Positions 41,649 through 50,838 of a DNA stretch of 64,000 bases are shown in pieces; within the stretch, counting starts at the first letter, position 1; every line of letters starts with the position of its first letter. This stretch comes from Candidatus Latescibacterota bacterium (GTDB taxonomy: Bacteria; Latescibacterota; UBA2968), in NCBI GenBank assembly GCA_965198115.1, contig OZ240241.1, forward strand, positions 1,440,001-1,504,000, written 5' to 3'. The notes beneath the pieces are model-generated. The model was not told the DNA's origin. It did not search any database and saw only the letters and a program-made list of their open reading frames with translations. The translations under genes were made by a program, and so were the position numbers.

Positions 41649-42530
41649 ATGACCCAGCCCGCTCCCACACCTACCCTCCACGAACACACGTGGCGAGTCG
41701 GCCCACTCCAGGTCGATCTCTCGCGGCCTCGCGTCATGGGGATCCTGAACGTGACACCCGATTCGTTCTACGACGGCGGCCGGTTCAACACCATCGATGG
41801 TGCGATTGCTCGTGCGGAAGCGATGATCTCTCAAGGTGCCGACATCATCGACGTCGGCGGCGAGTCGTCCAGACCGGCTGGCCCCTACGGGAACGGCGCA
41901 GTGACCGTTCCCATCGAGGAAGAAATCGCACGTACCGCCCCCGTCATCGAAGGAATCGCAAAAAGATTCGACCGACCGATCTCCATCGACACGACCAAGT
42001 CGTCGGTGGCGCGTGCCGCCCTCGAATCGGGCGCAACCATCGTGAACGACATCACGGCAACGAACGCCGACCCGGATGTTCTGGACATCGTGGCAGGCAC
42101 CGGTGCGGGCATCGTTCTGATGCACATGAAAGGGACGCCCCGAACGATGCAGCGGGCGCCATCCTACACCGATCTGATCGGCGAAATCACGACCTATCTG
42201 GACCGCGCGGCAACGAAGTGTCTTGCGGCGGGGGTCACAACTGACCGCATCGTCATCGACCCGGGGTTCGGCTTCGGCAAGACACGGGCCCACAATCTCC
42301 AGCTCCTCCGCCGTTTACGTGATCTGCTGGATCTCGGATTTCCTGTGCTCGTGGGGCCCTCCAGGAAGACTTTTGTCGATCCTGAGGTTCCCCCGGAGAA
42401 TAGACTTGCCGGGAGCCTGGCCGCCGCCACGTTGGCCGTCGCGCACGGAGCGCGCATCGTCCGCACACACGACGTGGCGCCCACCGTCAAAGCCGTTGCG
42501 ATCGTGACTGCCTGCTTGCTCGACAATTGA
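41649..42530 (+). CDS. folP: dihydropteroate synthase
   Basis: MGILNVTPDSF, DVGGESSRP, MHMKGTP, DPGFGFGK, SRK, VRTHDV. Confidence 0.95.
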   Translation: MTQPAPTPTLHEHTWRVGPLQVDLSRPRVMGILNVTPDSFYDGGRFNTIDGAIARAEAMISQGADIIDVGGESSRPAGPYGNGAVTVPIEEEIARTAPVIEGIAKRFDRPISIDTTKSSVARAALESGATIVNDITATNADPDVLDIVAGTGAGIVLMHMKGTPRTMQRAPSYTDLIGEITTYLDRAATKCLAAGVTTDRIVIDPGFGFGKTRAHNLQLLRRLRDLLDLGFPVLVGPSRKTFVDPEVPPENRLAGSLAAATLAVAHGARIVRTHDVAPTVKAVAIVTACLLDN

Positions 42531-42612
42531 CACATCCTTCATATTTACAGTATGTTATATTTACTTCTCAGTCTAATTACGGCTTGACAAAGTGTGCGCC
42601 ACCGAATAGATT
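42527..42612 (+). promoter_or_regulatory. tandem sigma70-type promoters
   Basis: TTGACA-18-TATGTT (42527-42556) and TTGACA-17-TAGATT (42584-42612); ATATTTAC direct repeat. Confidence 0.6.
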
Positions 42613-42654
42613 CTTCTGCCTCACGTTACAAACCGATTTGGAGTACGAAGTCGA

Positions 42655-42867
42655 ATGAATTCGTCGCTCGCCCGCTTTAAAGACGCGCAGATCATCCTAG
42701 ACGGGGATGACCAGTTCCTGCTCGTCGAGTTTAACGATGGCAAGATCCGCCAGTTTACGGCCAAAGAGATCTACGAGGCCACCGGCTACCTTGGCCATCC
42801 ACCGCCCGCCGACAAAATGACCGGCGCCGAACGCCGAGCATCAGAAATCATGAGACGCAAACGCTGA
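42655..42867 (+). CDS. small hypothetical protein (70 aa)
   Basis: GGAG RBS; 4 bp upstream of the next gene. Confidence 0.7.
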   Translation: MNSSLARFKDAQIILDGDDQFLLVEFNDGKIRQFTAKEIYEATGYLGHPPPADKMTGAERRASEIMRRKR

Positions 42868-42871
42868 TCCC

Positions 42872-44539
42872 ATGCTCGAACCTTATTCACAACAGCTTTG
42901 CCGCGTCTATACCATCGCCTGCCCAGCTTGCGGATCCGAGAACGCTTTCCCCCGCTATAAACGCGACGTCGTCCGCATGAAGTCCTCCGGCCCCGACGGA
43001 CATCCCATCGAATACGGGTGGCGTGAAGAGGGCGAGTATCCGGTCTGGATCACGCCAATCACCTTCTTCTGGGGTAGCTGTTCAAACTGTCATTTTTCAG
43101 GCCAGGTCGACGACGGTGATTTCCGACAGTGGAAGACGAAGAACACCAACAAGTATCTGGGTGCTTTCCACGAGGGCAGTCTCGACAAGCTCAAAGCAGA
43201 ATCCCCTACCGGAATCGGCCCGCTCGCAACGATCTCCAAGGGCATCGTCGACAACGATCCGTTTTCGACGATTCTGTGCCAATTCTTTGCCGGCATCTAC
43301 ACCGAAACACTCAAAGCCCTGCCGTCGGCCTCCGTCCTCGCGCGGTCCTACCTGCGTGTCGCCTGGATCTACAGGGACGAGGAGCGAATCTACGGGGAGT
43401 TCAGTGGTACATCCAACGTCAACGCACTGATCGACGGTCTGCGAGACAGCTGGAACGAGGCCATCATCCCCAACAGTGGGTATCCCGTCCTGCCAGGACT
43501 GGCCACGAGCGAGGTGGAAGCCCTGCGATACACGCTCTCCTTCTTCGAATGGAACTTCTCGACCCTCTCGTCTGCTGCCGGAATCGAAGACGAGATGCGC
43601 CTCATGACCCTGATCGCGCAGATTGGGTATCGACTCTTCGAGTTGACGGCCGAAGAAGAAGACTTTACGAAGGCCCAGGGCTACTTCAGCGGGTCGATGC
43701 AAAAGTGTCTGAGCGTGATCAACGACAAGTCGATCGTCGGCGGCATCGTCAACCGTGCCAAAGACACCCTAGAAAAGGCGGGCGATCGAGGACGCGAACT
43801 CCGTGCGCTTAAAGAGGAATACGATAAGAACGGCGGACCCGAGAGCGCACCCGTCCCACCACCGCCAACGCCTCAGCAAGCCCCACAGGCCGAAGCGGCC
43901 GAGGATACCCCGGAAGCGGAGCAGCCCGTCGCCATCGCCGCCGCTCCCGCGCCTGCCGCACCCGCGAACGGTGCCGCGCAAAAGAAACTGGAGCAGCTCG
44001 ATCAGGAAGCCAAGCGCTGGATGCGTCTCGCTGGCATTTCTGAACTCACCGGTCTACCCAATCGTGTCATGCTCTCTCGCGTGTTGCTCCCGGGGATTTT
44101 TCGACAGACGGCTGCCAAGCGTCAGCCCCTCGGGTGCATCTTTCTCTCTCCCGAAGGCTTGGGGCAGATCAACGGCAAACTGGGCCGCACACTGGGCGAC
44201 GAACTGCTCAAAGAGTTTACCAAGTGTCTTCAAGAGCAGGTCCGAAACGGCGAGCGTCTCGCCCACCTCGAAGGTGTGAACTTCGCCATCCTGATTCCGG
44301 GTGTCGCGGTGCACCAGCTCAAGAAGAGAGCTGAAGTCATCCACAAAGAGCTCACCTCACGCCGTTTCGACGTAAACGGCAACGCCCTTTCCCTCACCGT
44401 CAGCGTCGGCATCTCCGGCATCCAAACCTACGCCGGCACACCAAAGACGCTGCAGGAAGAGTTCTACCAGCGATCCATCCAGGCACTCGACAACGCCAAG
44501 CTCAAGGGCAACCAGGTCGAGGTCATCCAGGAAAGCTGA
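42872..44539 (+). CDS. DUF2225-like zinc-binding/helical domain fused to a degenerate GGDEF domain
   Basis: CPAC...CSNC, YLRVAWIYRD; Pro/Ala linker; LTGLPNR, GDELL, HLEGVNF in place of GGDEF. Confidence 0.75.
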   Translation: MLEPYSQQLCRVYTIACPACGSENAFPRYKRDVVRMKSSGPDGHPIEYGWREEGEYPVWITPITFFWGSCSNCHFSGQVDDGDFRQWKTKNTNKYLGAFHEGSLDKLKAESPTGIGPLATISKGIVDNDPFSTILCQFFAGIYTETLKALPSASVLARSYLRVAWIYRDEERIYGEFSGTSNVNALIDGLRDSWNEAIIPNSGYPVLPGLATSEVEALRYTLSFFEWNFSTLSSAAGIEDEMRLMTLIAQIGYRLFELTAEEEDFTKAQGYFSGSMQKCLSVINDKSIVGGIVNRAKDTLEKAGDRGRELRALKEEYDKNGGPESAPVPPPPTPQQAPQAEAAEDTPEAEQPVAIAAAPAPAAPANGAAQKKLEQLDQEAKRWMRLAGISELTGLPNRVMLSRVLLPGIFRQTAAKRQPLGCIFLSPEGLGQINGKLGRTLGDELLKEFTKCLQEQVRNGERLAHLEGVNFAILIPGVAVHQLKKRAEVIHKELTSRRFDVNGNALSLTVSVGISGIQTYAGTPKTLQEEFYQRSIQALDNAKLKGNQVEVIQES

Positions 44540-44575
44540 TAATCCCCGCACACGCATCGCATTCCCGGAGTCACT

Positions 44576-45619
44576 GTGGCTGAGCAGAGTGCCTACGCTT
44601 GGGCAGGGGTCGACATCCAGGGCGCGAACAGGACCAAGCGCCGCATCGGAGACCTCGTCAAGGAGACATTCGGCTCCGAGGTACTCACAGACATCGGCGG
44701 TTTCGGCGGTCTCTTTGCCGCCCCCTGGCGCGACTACGACGATCCCATTCTCGTTGCCAGCACCGATGGCGTCGGAACGAAACTAAAAATTGCGTTCCTG
44801 ACGGGAGTCCACGACACCGTAGGGGCCGACCTCGTCTGCCACTGCGCCAACGACATTCTGGTCCAGGGTGCCCGCCCGCTCTTCTTCATGGACTACCTGG
44901 CCATGAGCAAGCACGAGGGCGATGTGGCCGAAGCCGTGATCGGTGGCGTAGCCAGTGGCTGCAAGACCTGCGGGTGTGCGCTTCTGGGCGGCGAGATGGC
45001 CGAAATGCCCGACTTCTACGCACCGGGCGAATACGATCTGGCAGGGACGATCGTCGGCATCGTCGATCGCGATCGGATCGTTACCGGGGAGCGTGTGCGT
45101 CCCGGCCACGTCCTCGTCGCACTGGGCGCCGATGGCCTCCACACCAACGGGTATGCACTCGCCCGTAAACTCCTGTTCGAAACAGCCGGATACACGATCG
45201 ACAGTCACATCGACGATATCGGCGACACGGTGGGGAACGCCCTACTCTTGCCACATCGGCCCTACGTTAAACCGATCCTCGACCTGCTCCCTTCGATCGA
45301 GGTCTCAGGCATGGCCCACATCACGGGCGGGGGGTTGATCGACAACATTCCCAGATCGCTTCCCGACGATGTCGCGGTGAACGTTCGGCGCGGGAGCTGG
45401 AACGTCCCTCCTCTGTTTCATCTGCTTCAACGTATCGGAGAAATACGCGAGGCCGAAATGTTCCACGACTTCAACATGGGCATCGGCTTCGTCCTGATCG
45501 TTCCGCAGACCGATGTCGATGCCGCTGTTCGGTCCCTCACTCAGGCCGGAGAGCGTGCGTTTATCCTCGGCGAAGCCGTGTCTCGCTCCGACGACCCGCA
45601 AGTTCGGATCGAAGACTGA
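44576..45619 (+). CDS. purM: phosphoribosylformylglycinamidine cyclo-ligase
   Basis: STDGVGTK, LLGGEMAEMP, GLHTNGY, AHITGGG, FNMGIG. Confidence 0.96.
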   Translation: MAEQSAYAWAGVDIQGANRTKRRIGDLVKETFGSEVLTDIGGFGGLFAAPWRDYDDPILVASTDGVGTKLKIAFLTGVHDTVGADLVCHCANDILVQGARPLFFMDYLAMSKHEGDVAEAVIGGVASGCKTCGCALLGGEMAEMPDFYAPGEYDLAGTIVGIVDRDRIVTGERVRPGHVLVALGADGLHTNGYALARKLLFETAGYTIDSHIDDIGDTVGNALLLPHRPYVKPILDLLPSIEVSGMAHITGGGLIDNIPRSLPDDVAVNVRRGSWNVPPLFHLLQRIGEIREAEMFHDFNMGIGFVLIVPQTDVDAAVRSLTQAGERAFILGEAVSRSDDPQVRIED

Positions 45620-45803
45620 TGCTTTTTAGAGCCTTCCTGATCGGTCTGGGGAGCGTCTTGCTCATCAATTCGATCCGGCGGTTCCTCACGACGTCCACGC
45701 GCAAACCAGGTCACCCGAACGAGCCGGATCAACCACCCGATATCGACCCCGATCGGGTGCGAGACGCTGACTTCCGCGATCTTCACTCCTGAGGGGTGGG
45801 AGC

Positions 45804-46523
45804 GTGATGGAACTCCAGTTCTTGGGTGTCGGCAGTTTCTTCTCCAAAACCGATTACCACAACAATCTGTGCATCAACGAGAGTATCCTGATCGACTGTG
45901 GTTTCACCGCCGCTCGAAGCCTGCACGACCAGGGTCGCACCTTCGGCGCCATCGATCACCTGTTCATCACGCACACGCACGCGGATCACATCGGCGGACT
46001 CGAGGAGTGCGCGTTCTTCAACCGTTATGTGAACGGTGGGCGCAAGCCACGACTCTACCTTCCCGCCGCCCTGGAAACCGACCTTTGGTCCCAATCTCTC
46101 AGAGGTGGGCTTCAAGACGCCGTATCGGGCGCAAGTGACCTCTCCGACTATTTCGACATCACCATCGTCGAGGACGCATTTGAAATCGAGGGAGTTCATT
46201 TCCAGATTGTGCCCACACACCACGTGACCGACAAATTCTGTTGCGGGCTGGTCATCGATGGCCGCATCTACTTCTCCGGGGACACGCGGTTCGACAAGGA
46301 CATGGTGATCGAACGCGGCTCGAAGGCCGAAGCGATCTTCCACGAGGTACAATTCTTCGAGGGCGGGATTCACACCGCACTGACCGAACTCGAAACGCTT
46401 CCCGATGACATCAGACACAAGACAGCCTTGATGCACTACGGCGATGAATGGACCCTCCACCAGGATGCCGCCAAAAGGGCAGGCTTTTCGTGGGCTGAAC
46501 GCCACAAGAACTACAGCTACTGA
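45804..46523 (+). CDS. MBL-fold metallo-hydrolase (phosphodiesterase/RNase Z-like)
   Basis: FLGVG, LIDCG, THTHADH, FSGDT, MHY. Confidence 0.88.
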   Translation: MMELQFLGVGSFFSKTDYHNNLCINESILIDCGFTAARSLHDQGRTFGAIDHLFITHTHADHIGGLEECAFFNRYVNGGRKPRLYLPAALETDLWSQSLRGGLQDAVSGASDLSDYFDITIVEDAFEIEGVHFQIVPTHHVTDKFCCGLVIDGRIYFSGDTRFDKDMVIERGSKAEAIFHEVQFFEGGIHTALTELETLPDDIRHKTALMHYGDEWTLHQDAAKRAGFSWAERHKNYSY

Positions 46524-46586
46524 CCCCTCCCCCGGCGCAAAGCCAGGCACATCTTCCCGCATCATTACGCGAACACAGAGACCAGC

Positions 46587-47627
46587 ATGGCCAAACGAGG
46601 GTCCACTCGGCGCTCCGCGCAGCGTTCAAAGAAGGATGCGAATTGGTTGCGGACGCAGATCGACGCGGACGAAATCGCGCCAATTTATCTGCTGCACGGT
46701 CCCGACGACTACGAGAGGGACCAAATCGTCGACCAGATCGTCGGAGCCATCCTGAACGATGCGACGCGAGCCTTCAACCTCGACGTCCTCGTCGGCGCCG
46801 ACCTCGATGTGGGAGACGCCGTAAACCGCGTCACCGCCTTTCCGATGATGGCCGAACGACGCGTCGTCATCGTCAGACGAATCGAAGAGGTGGTAGAGTC
46901 TGCGGCACGGGGTTTCCTTCAGGTGATCACGAAGCCGGTCGAGTCGACGGTCCTCGTGTTCACGGCCGACAAGATCGATGGCCGACGAAAATTCTTCCAG
47001 GAACTCAAAAAGGCGGCGATCGACGTCGAGTTCCGGCTCCCATACGACAATGAGCTACCGGGCTGGATCGAGCGAAGGGCCCAGAAGATCTGCAAGCATC
47101 TCACGCCGGAGGCCGTCCACCTCCTGGCCGTGTCGATAGGCCCAAAGCCCAGAGAACTCGCGAACGAACTCGAAAAGCTCAGTCTTCACACCGTAGATCG
47201 CCAGTCGATCACGGCCGACGACGTGGCCTGGATCGTCGGAGCGACCAGGGACGCCTCGATTTTCGATTTCGTCGACGCGGTAGGCCTGCGCGAGCGTGGT
47301 CGCGCTTTGAGGATTCTACAACAGCTTTTCGAGCAGGGCGATCACCCCGCTGCGGCTCTGGCCGTGCTCGTTCGGCACGTGGGGCTGCTGCGAAAAACCA
47401 AGTGGCTGATGGACAGCGGGCTTCCTCGCGGCCAGTATGCGTCCAAGCTCAAGGTTCCACCGTTCGCGGTCGAAAAGTATCTCCGACAGGCCGAGCGGTT
47501 TCCAGACGCCCTCTTGTGGAAGGCCTACGACACGCTCCTGCGTACCGATGACCGAGTAAAGTCCCGTTCCCGGGCCTCGCACGTGACGCTATCCAGGGCC
47601 ATTCTCGAGTTGTGCGAATCTTCCTGA
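46587..47627 (+). CDS. holA: DNA polymerase III subunit delta
   Basis: YLLHGPDDY, FPMMAERRVV, NELEKL, SIFDFVDA. Confidence 0.9.
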   Translation: MAKRGSTRRSAQRSKKDANWLRTQIDADEIAPIYLLHGPDDYERDQIVDQIVGAILNDATRAFNLDVLVGADLDVGDAVNRVTAFPMMAERRVVIVRRIEEVVESAARGFLQVITKPVESTVLVFTADKIDGRRKFFQELKKAAIDVEFRLPYDNELPGWIERRAQKICKHLTPEAVHLLAVSIGPKPRELANELEKLSLHTVDRQSITADDVAWIVGATRDASIFDFVDAVGLRERGRALRILQQLFEQGDHPAAALAVLVRHVGLLRKTKWLMDSGLPRGQYASKLKVPPFAVEKYLRQAERFPDALLWKAYDTLLRTDDRVKSRSRASHVTLSRAILELCESS

Positions 47628-47642
47628 TTTCAGGGGGTCACC

Positions 47643-47671
47643 TTGACACGACGCGGAGCGACGGGTAGATT
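47643..47671 (+). promoter_or_regulatory. sigma70-type promoter of trxA
   Basis: TTGACA-17-TAGATT. Confidence 0.6.
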
Positions 47672-47739
47672 GAAACCTTCTCCCATCCAGGCGTCATAAA
47701 CGAGCAAACGAAACATTCGAATCGAAAGGTGGTGACCCC

Positions 47740-48078
47740 ATGTCAGCCACATTGGAGCTAACCAAGGAAAATTTCCAGAGCGAAGTCATCGACGCGAGCG
47801 TTCCCGCGCTGGTCGATTTTTGGGCGACGTGGTGTGGCCCGTGCCGGGCGATCGCACCGCTCGTGGAGGAGCTCGCAGAGCAGTACGACGGCAAACTCAA
47901 GGTCGGCAAGGTGGACGTCGACGCTCAGCAGCAGCTCGCTGCCGAGTTCGGAATCCGCAGCATTCCGACCCTCTTGCTGTTCAAGGACGGCAAAATGGCT
48001 GAGCAAATCGTCGGAGCCGTTCCCAAAAGGCAACTCGAGGACAAAGTTCAGGAAATCCTGGAACCCGCCGCGGCGTAG
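47740..48078 (+). CDS. trxA: thioredoxin
   Basis: WCGPC, SIPT. Confidence 0.96.
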   Translation: MSATLELTKENFQSEVIDASVPALVDFWATWCGPCRAIAPLVEELAEQYDGKLKVGKVDVDAQQQLAAEFGIRSIPTLLLFKDGKMAEQIVGAVPKRQLEDKVQEILEPAAA

Positions 48079-48102
48079 GTTTAGTCGATGGTGGCTCAAA
48101 CG

Positions 48103-48148
48103 AAACGGGCAGGCCCTTTCAACAAGGACCTGCCCGTTTCATTTTTTG
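48103..48148. terminator. terminator between convergent trxA and fliL-like genes
   Basis: aaacgggcagg...cctgcccgttt plus T-run. Confidence 0.7.
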
Positions 48149-48160
48149 ATGGATCGGCAG

Positions 48161-48706
48161 CTATTGCAGAATGAATCGCTCGAAGTAAATCTGGATCACT
48201 TCACCCGTCTCGATCAGCGACGACGCGTTGACCTCGTCCCTGAGCCGCTCCTTCAGCGCCGCTCGTTCTTCGGCCTCATCCATATCCGAAAACTCCGTTT
48301 GAGACAGCTTTGAAAGGATCAGATCTTGGACTTGTGTGGCCAAAAGGCCTTCCTCCAGTTCGGCAATCGCTTCCTCCGTGTCCAGTTCAAGCGTGACCGC
48401 GGCGCTGAGGAACCGGATGCCTTCGTCGTCGGGAGGGTTGAGAATCATCTCCTGCAACGGGAACAGAAGGGGCTGGTCGATCTCGAAGATCGGTCGCTCC
48501 TTCGGATTTTCAGTCATCTCCTCTTCTTCGACGTCGCCCGACAGCCCCGGATAGTAGACTTTGGTAATCAGGACGTAGCCTGCCGCGGCCTGCCCAAGTA
48601 GAATGACGACGATCAACACGATAAACTGGGGTAGACGAGACGGCCCGCTATCCTCTGGAGGGAGGTCTCCTTCCTGGTCTTCGGCTGCTTCTGCTTCTTC
48701 GGCCAA
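48161..48706 (-). CDS. FliL-like single-pass membrane protein
   Basis: One TM; ILNP..RFL...VTLE, QVQDLILSKLS, LKERL, QIYFERFILQ C-terminus. Confidence 0.75.
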   Translation of the reverse strand: MAEEAEAAEDQEGDLPPEDSGPSRLPQFIVLIVVILLGQAAAGYVLITKVYYPGLSGDVEEEEMTENPKERPIFEIDQPLLFPLQEMILNPPDDEGIRFLSAAVTLELDTEEAIAELEEGLLATQVQDLILSKLSQTEFSDMDEAEERAALKERLRDEVNASSLIETGEVIQIYFERFILQ

Positions 48707-48773
48707 AACCGGACTCCGCGTTGGAATTTGACCTTGCCTTGGCAGAGGGCCGACCCTATCATTTTACGGCCCC

Positions 48774-48814
48774 TAAGTCCTTTACAGGATAAGACTTACG
48801 CCGTCCGCTGTCAA
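48774..48814 (-). promoter_or_regulatory. promoter of the fliL-like gene overlapped by a TAAGTC-N13-GACTTA palindrome
   Basis: Minus strand TTGACA-17-TATCCT (48814-48786); palindrome at 48774-48798. Confidence 0.5.
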
Positions 48815-48873
48815 GCCGTCGCCTCCACCTTCTCCTGGCAGCGAGGATTTACGTCACTCTCGAGGAACGTCCA

Positions 48874-49776
48874 ATGAACATACAGAAGGTCGTTATACCC
48901 GTCGCCGGGCTGGGCACACGGCTCCTCCCGGCAACCAAGTCACAGCCCAAAGAGATGCTGCCCGTCGGCCGAAAACCCGTCGTCCAGTATGTCGTCGAAG
49001 AGATGATCGACCAGGGGCTGGAAAAAATCATGTTCATCACGGGGCGCGACAAGCGTTCGATCGAAGATCACTTCGATCGCGATCCCGAGCTGCTTTCTCA
49101 ACTCGCGCAAATCGGTGACGATCGCTTGTTCGACGGCTCGGGCTACGATGAACACGCGCGGTTCTTCTACACCCGTCAGATTATACCGAAAGGGCGCCAG
49201 ACGCCAGGTGGGTTGGGCGATGCCATTGCCATGGCACACGACTTCGTCTCCGAGGAACCCTTCGTCGTGGCACTGGGCGATACGATCATTCGATCCGGCA
49301 ACCACGCCGGACTCGTTCGGCGAATGATCAGATCGCACGAAAGCAAGGGTGCAGCGTGTACGATTGCAGTCGTCGAGGTCGAGCCCGACGAAGTGAATCA
49401 GTACGGCATCGTCCACCCGGTCGGCCGCGGTCGAACCGATTTCGAAATCGACGACATCGTCGAAAAACCGTCACCCGAAGACGCACCGAGCCGACTCGCC
49501 GTGGCGGGAAGATACATCTTCGGTCCCGAGATCTTTTCGGCCATCGAACGTACCTCGCCGGGCTTTCAGGGCGAACTCGAGCTCACCGATGCCATCAAAA
49601 TCCTGATCAGAATGGGCCGGACGGTCCGATGCATTCGTCTCAAAAAGGACGAACACCGCTACGACATCGGAAATCCCGAAAGTTATTACCGCGCATTCAT
49701 CGACTTCGCCATCTCCGACCAGCAATACGGCTACCGCATCAGACAGTACTTCCAAAAACGACTCCGCACCTTCTGA
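48874..49776 (+). CDS. galU: UTP--glucose-1-phosphate uridylyltransferase family nucleotidyltransferase
   Basis: PVAGLGTRLLPATK, PKEMLP, GLGDA, VEKP, LTDA. Confidence 0.85.
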   Translation: MNIQKVVIPVAGLGTRLLPATKSQPKEMLPVGRKPVVQYVVEEMIDQGLEKIMFITGRDKRSIEDHFDRDPELLSQLAQIGDDRLFDGSGYDEHARFFYTRQIIPKGRQTPGGLGDAIAMAHDFVSEEPFVVALGDTIIRSGNHAGLVRRMIRSHESKGAACTIAVVEVEPDEVNQYGIVHPVGRGRTDFEIDDIVEKPSPEDAPSRLAVAGRYIFGPEIFSAIERTSPGFQGELELTDAIKILIRMGRTVRCIRLKKDEHRYDIGNPESYYRAFIDFAISDQQYGYRIRQYFQKRLRTF

Positions 49777-49781
49777 TCTTC

Positions 49782-50837
49782 ATGTCTGGAGCCTTTTTCT
49801 CCACCGCGCCCGGACGCGCCGGCATCATCGGCAACCCAACCGACATGTATGGGGGGAGTGTCATCTCCTGCTCGACGCAGGAACGGGCCGCTGTCCTGAT
49901 CGAGCCTTCGGAGCGGTTGAGCTTTCACGTCGCCGGCGAAACCTTCATCGTCCGGGATGAAAGCGATCTCGAACTCGACGGTGGATTTCTCGACGTCGCC
50001 AAAGCCGTCTGTGATTTTCTCCAACTCGCCGAGGCGCGATTCAGCCTCAGGTGGGCGTGCGATGTGCCCTTCGGTGCCGGGCTGTCCAGCTCGTCGGCTA
50101 TGATCGTCTCCATCCTGAGCGCTGTGCTCGCCTTCCTCGGGCGCGATCACCACCTCTACTACCGGGCGGAAATGGCCCGGCACATCGAACTGCACTACCT
50201 CGTACTTTGTGGGTATCAGGATCCGTATATGTGTACGTTCGGTGGCATCAACTACATGGATTTTAGGGATAAGCAGTTCTACCGGTCCTTCGGTGACGAA
50301 CCCTATTCCACGATGGAATCGCTGACCCCTTTCCTGTCATCGTTTCCATTCGTGCTGGCCAATACGGGTGTGCAACGCAGCTCGGCCAGCGTGCACAAAC
50401 CGATTCGAGAACGGTGGCTCGAGGGCGACCGCGAAGTGGTCCGCAATTACAACCGAATCGGTCATCTGGCTCGGATGGGCAAGCGTGCAATGCTGGCGGG
50501 TGATTGGGTCGAACTCGGGGGGCTGATGGTGGAGAACCATCAGATCCAGCGAGACATGGGGGGCTCGGGGCCCCAAAACGACCGCCTGATCGATGCCGCT
50601 CTCGCCGGCGGCGCGCTCGGCGCCAAGCTCTCGGGGGCGGGCGGAGGAGGAACCATCATCGCACTCACAGAGAATCCGGGCCCCGTCGTCGCCGCGACGA
50701 GGGAGGCCGGAGCCACGCGAATCCTCTATCCCGTTCCGTGTCAGGGTGTCAGTGTGACTCCTGTAAAGAACAAGAAAGACCATGAAACCGCCGAAGAAGA
50801 GCTTCTGAAACGGGCATCACGAGAAGACTTTCACTGA
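49782..50837 (+). CDS. GHMP-family sugar kinase (glucuronokinase-like)
   Basis: PGRAGIIGNPTD, GAGLSSSSA, GYQD, GAKLSGAGGGG. Confidence 0.85.
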   Translation: MSGAFFSTAPGRAGIIGNPTDMYGGSVISCSTQERAAVLIEPSERLSFHVAGETFIVRDESDLELDGGFLDVAKAVCDFLQLAEARFSLRWACDVPFGAGLSSSSAMIVSILSAVLAFLGRDHHLYYRAEMARHIELHYLVLCGYQDPYMCTFGGINYMDFRDKQFYRSFGDEPYSTMESLTPFLSSFPFVLANTGVQRSSASVHKPIRERWLEGDREVVRNYNRIGHLARMGKRAMLAGDWVELGGLMVENHQIQRDMGGSGPQNDRLIDAALAGGALGAKLSGAGGGGTIIALTENPGPVVAATREAGATRILYPVPCQGVSVTPVKNKKDHETAEEELLKRASREDFH

Positions 50838-50838
50838 G

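Noticed and set aside
38029-42530. Absence of hpt between tilS and ftsH
   Set aside because: Common variation of this conserved cluster
49356-49781. N-terminal extension of the GHMP kinase ORF (likewise 53538-53777 and 16633-16740)
   Set aside because: Overlaps the upstream gene or repeats; downstream starts fit the families better
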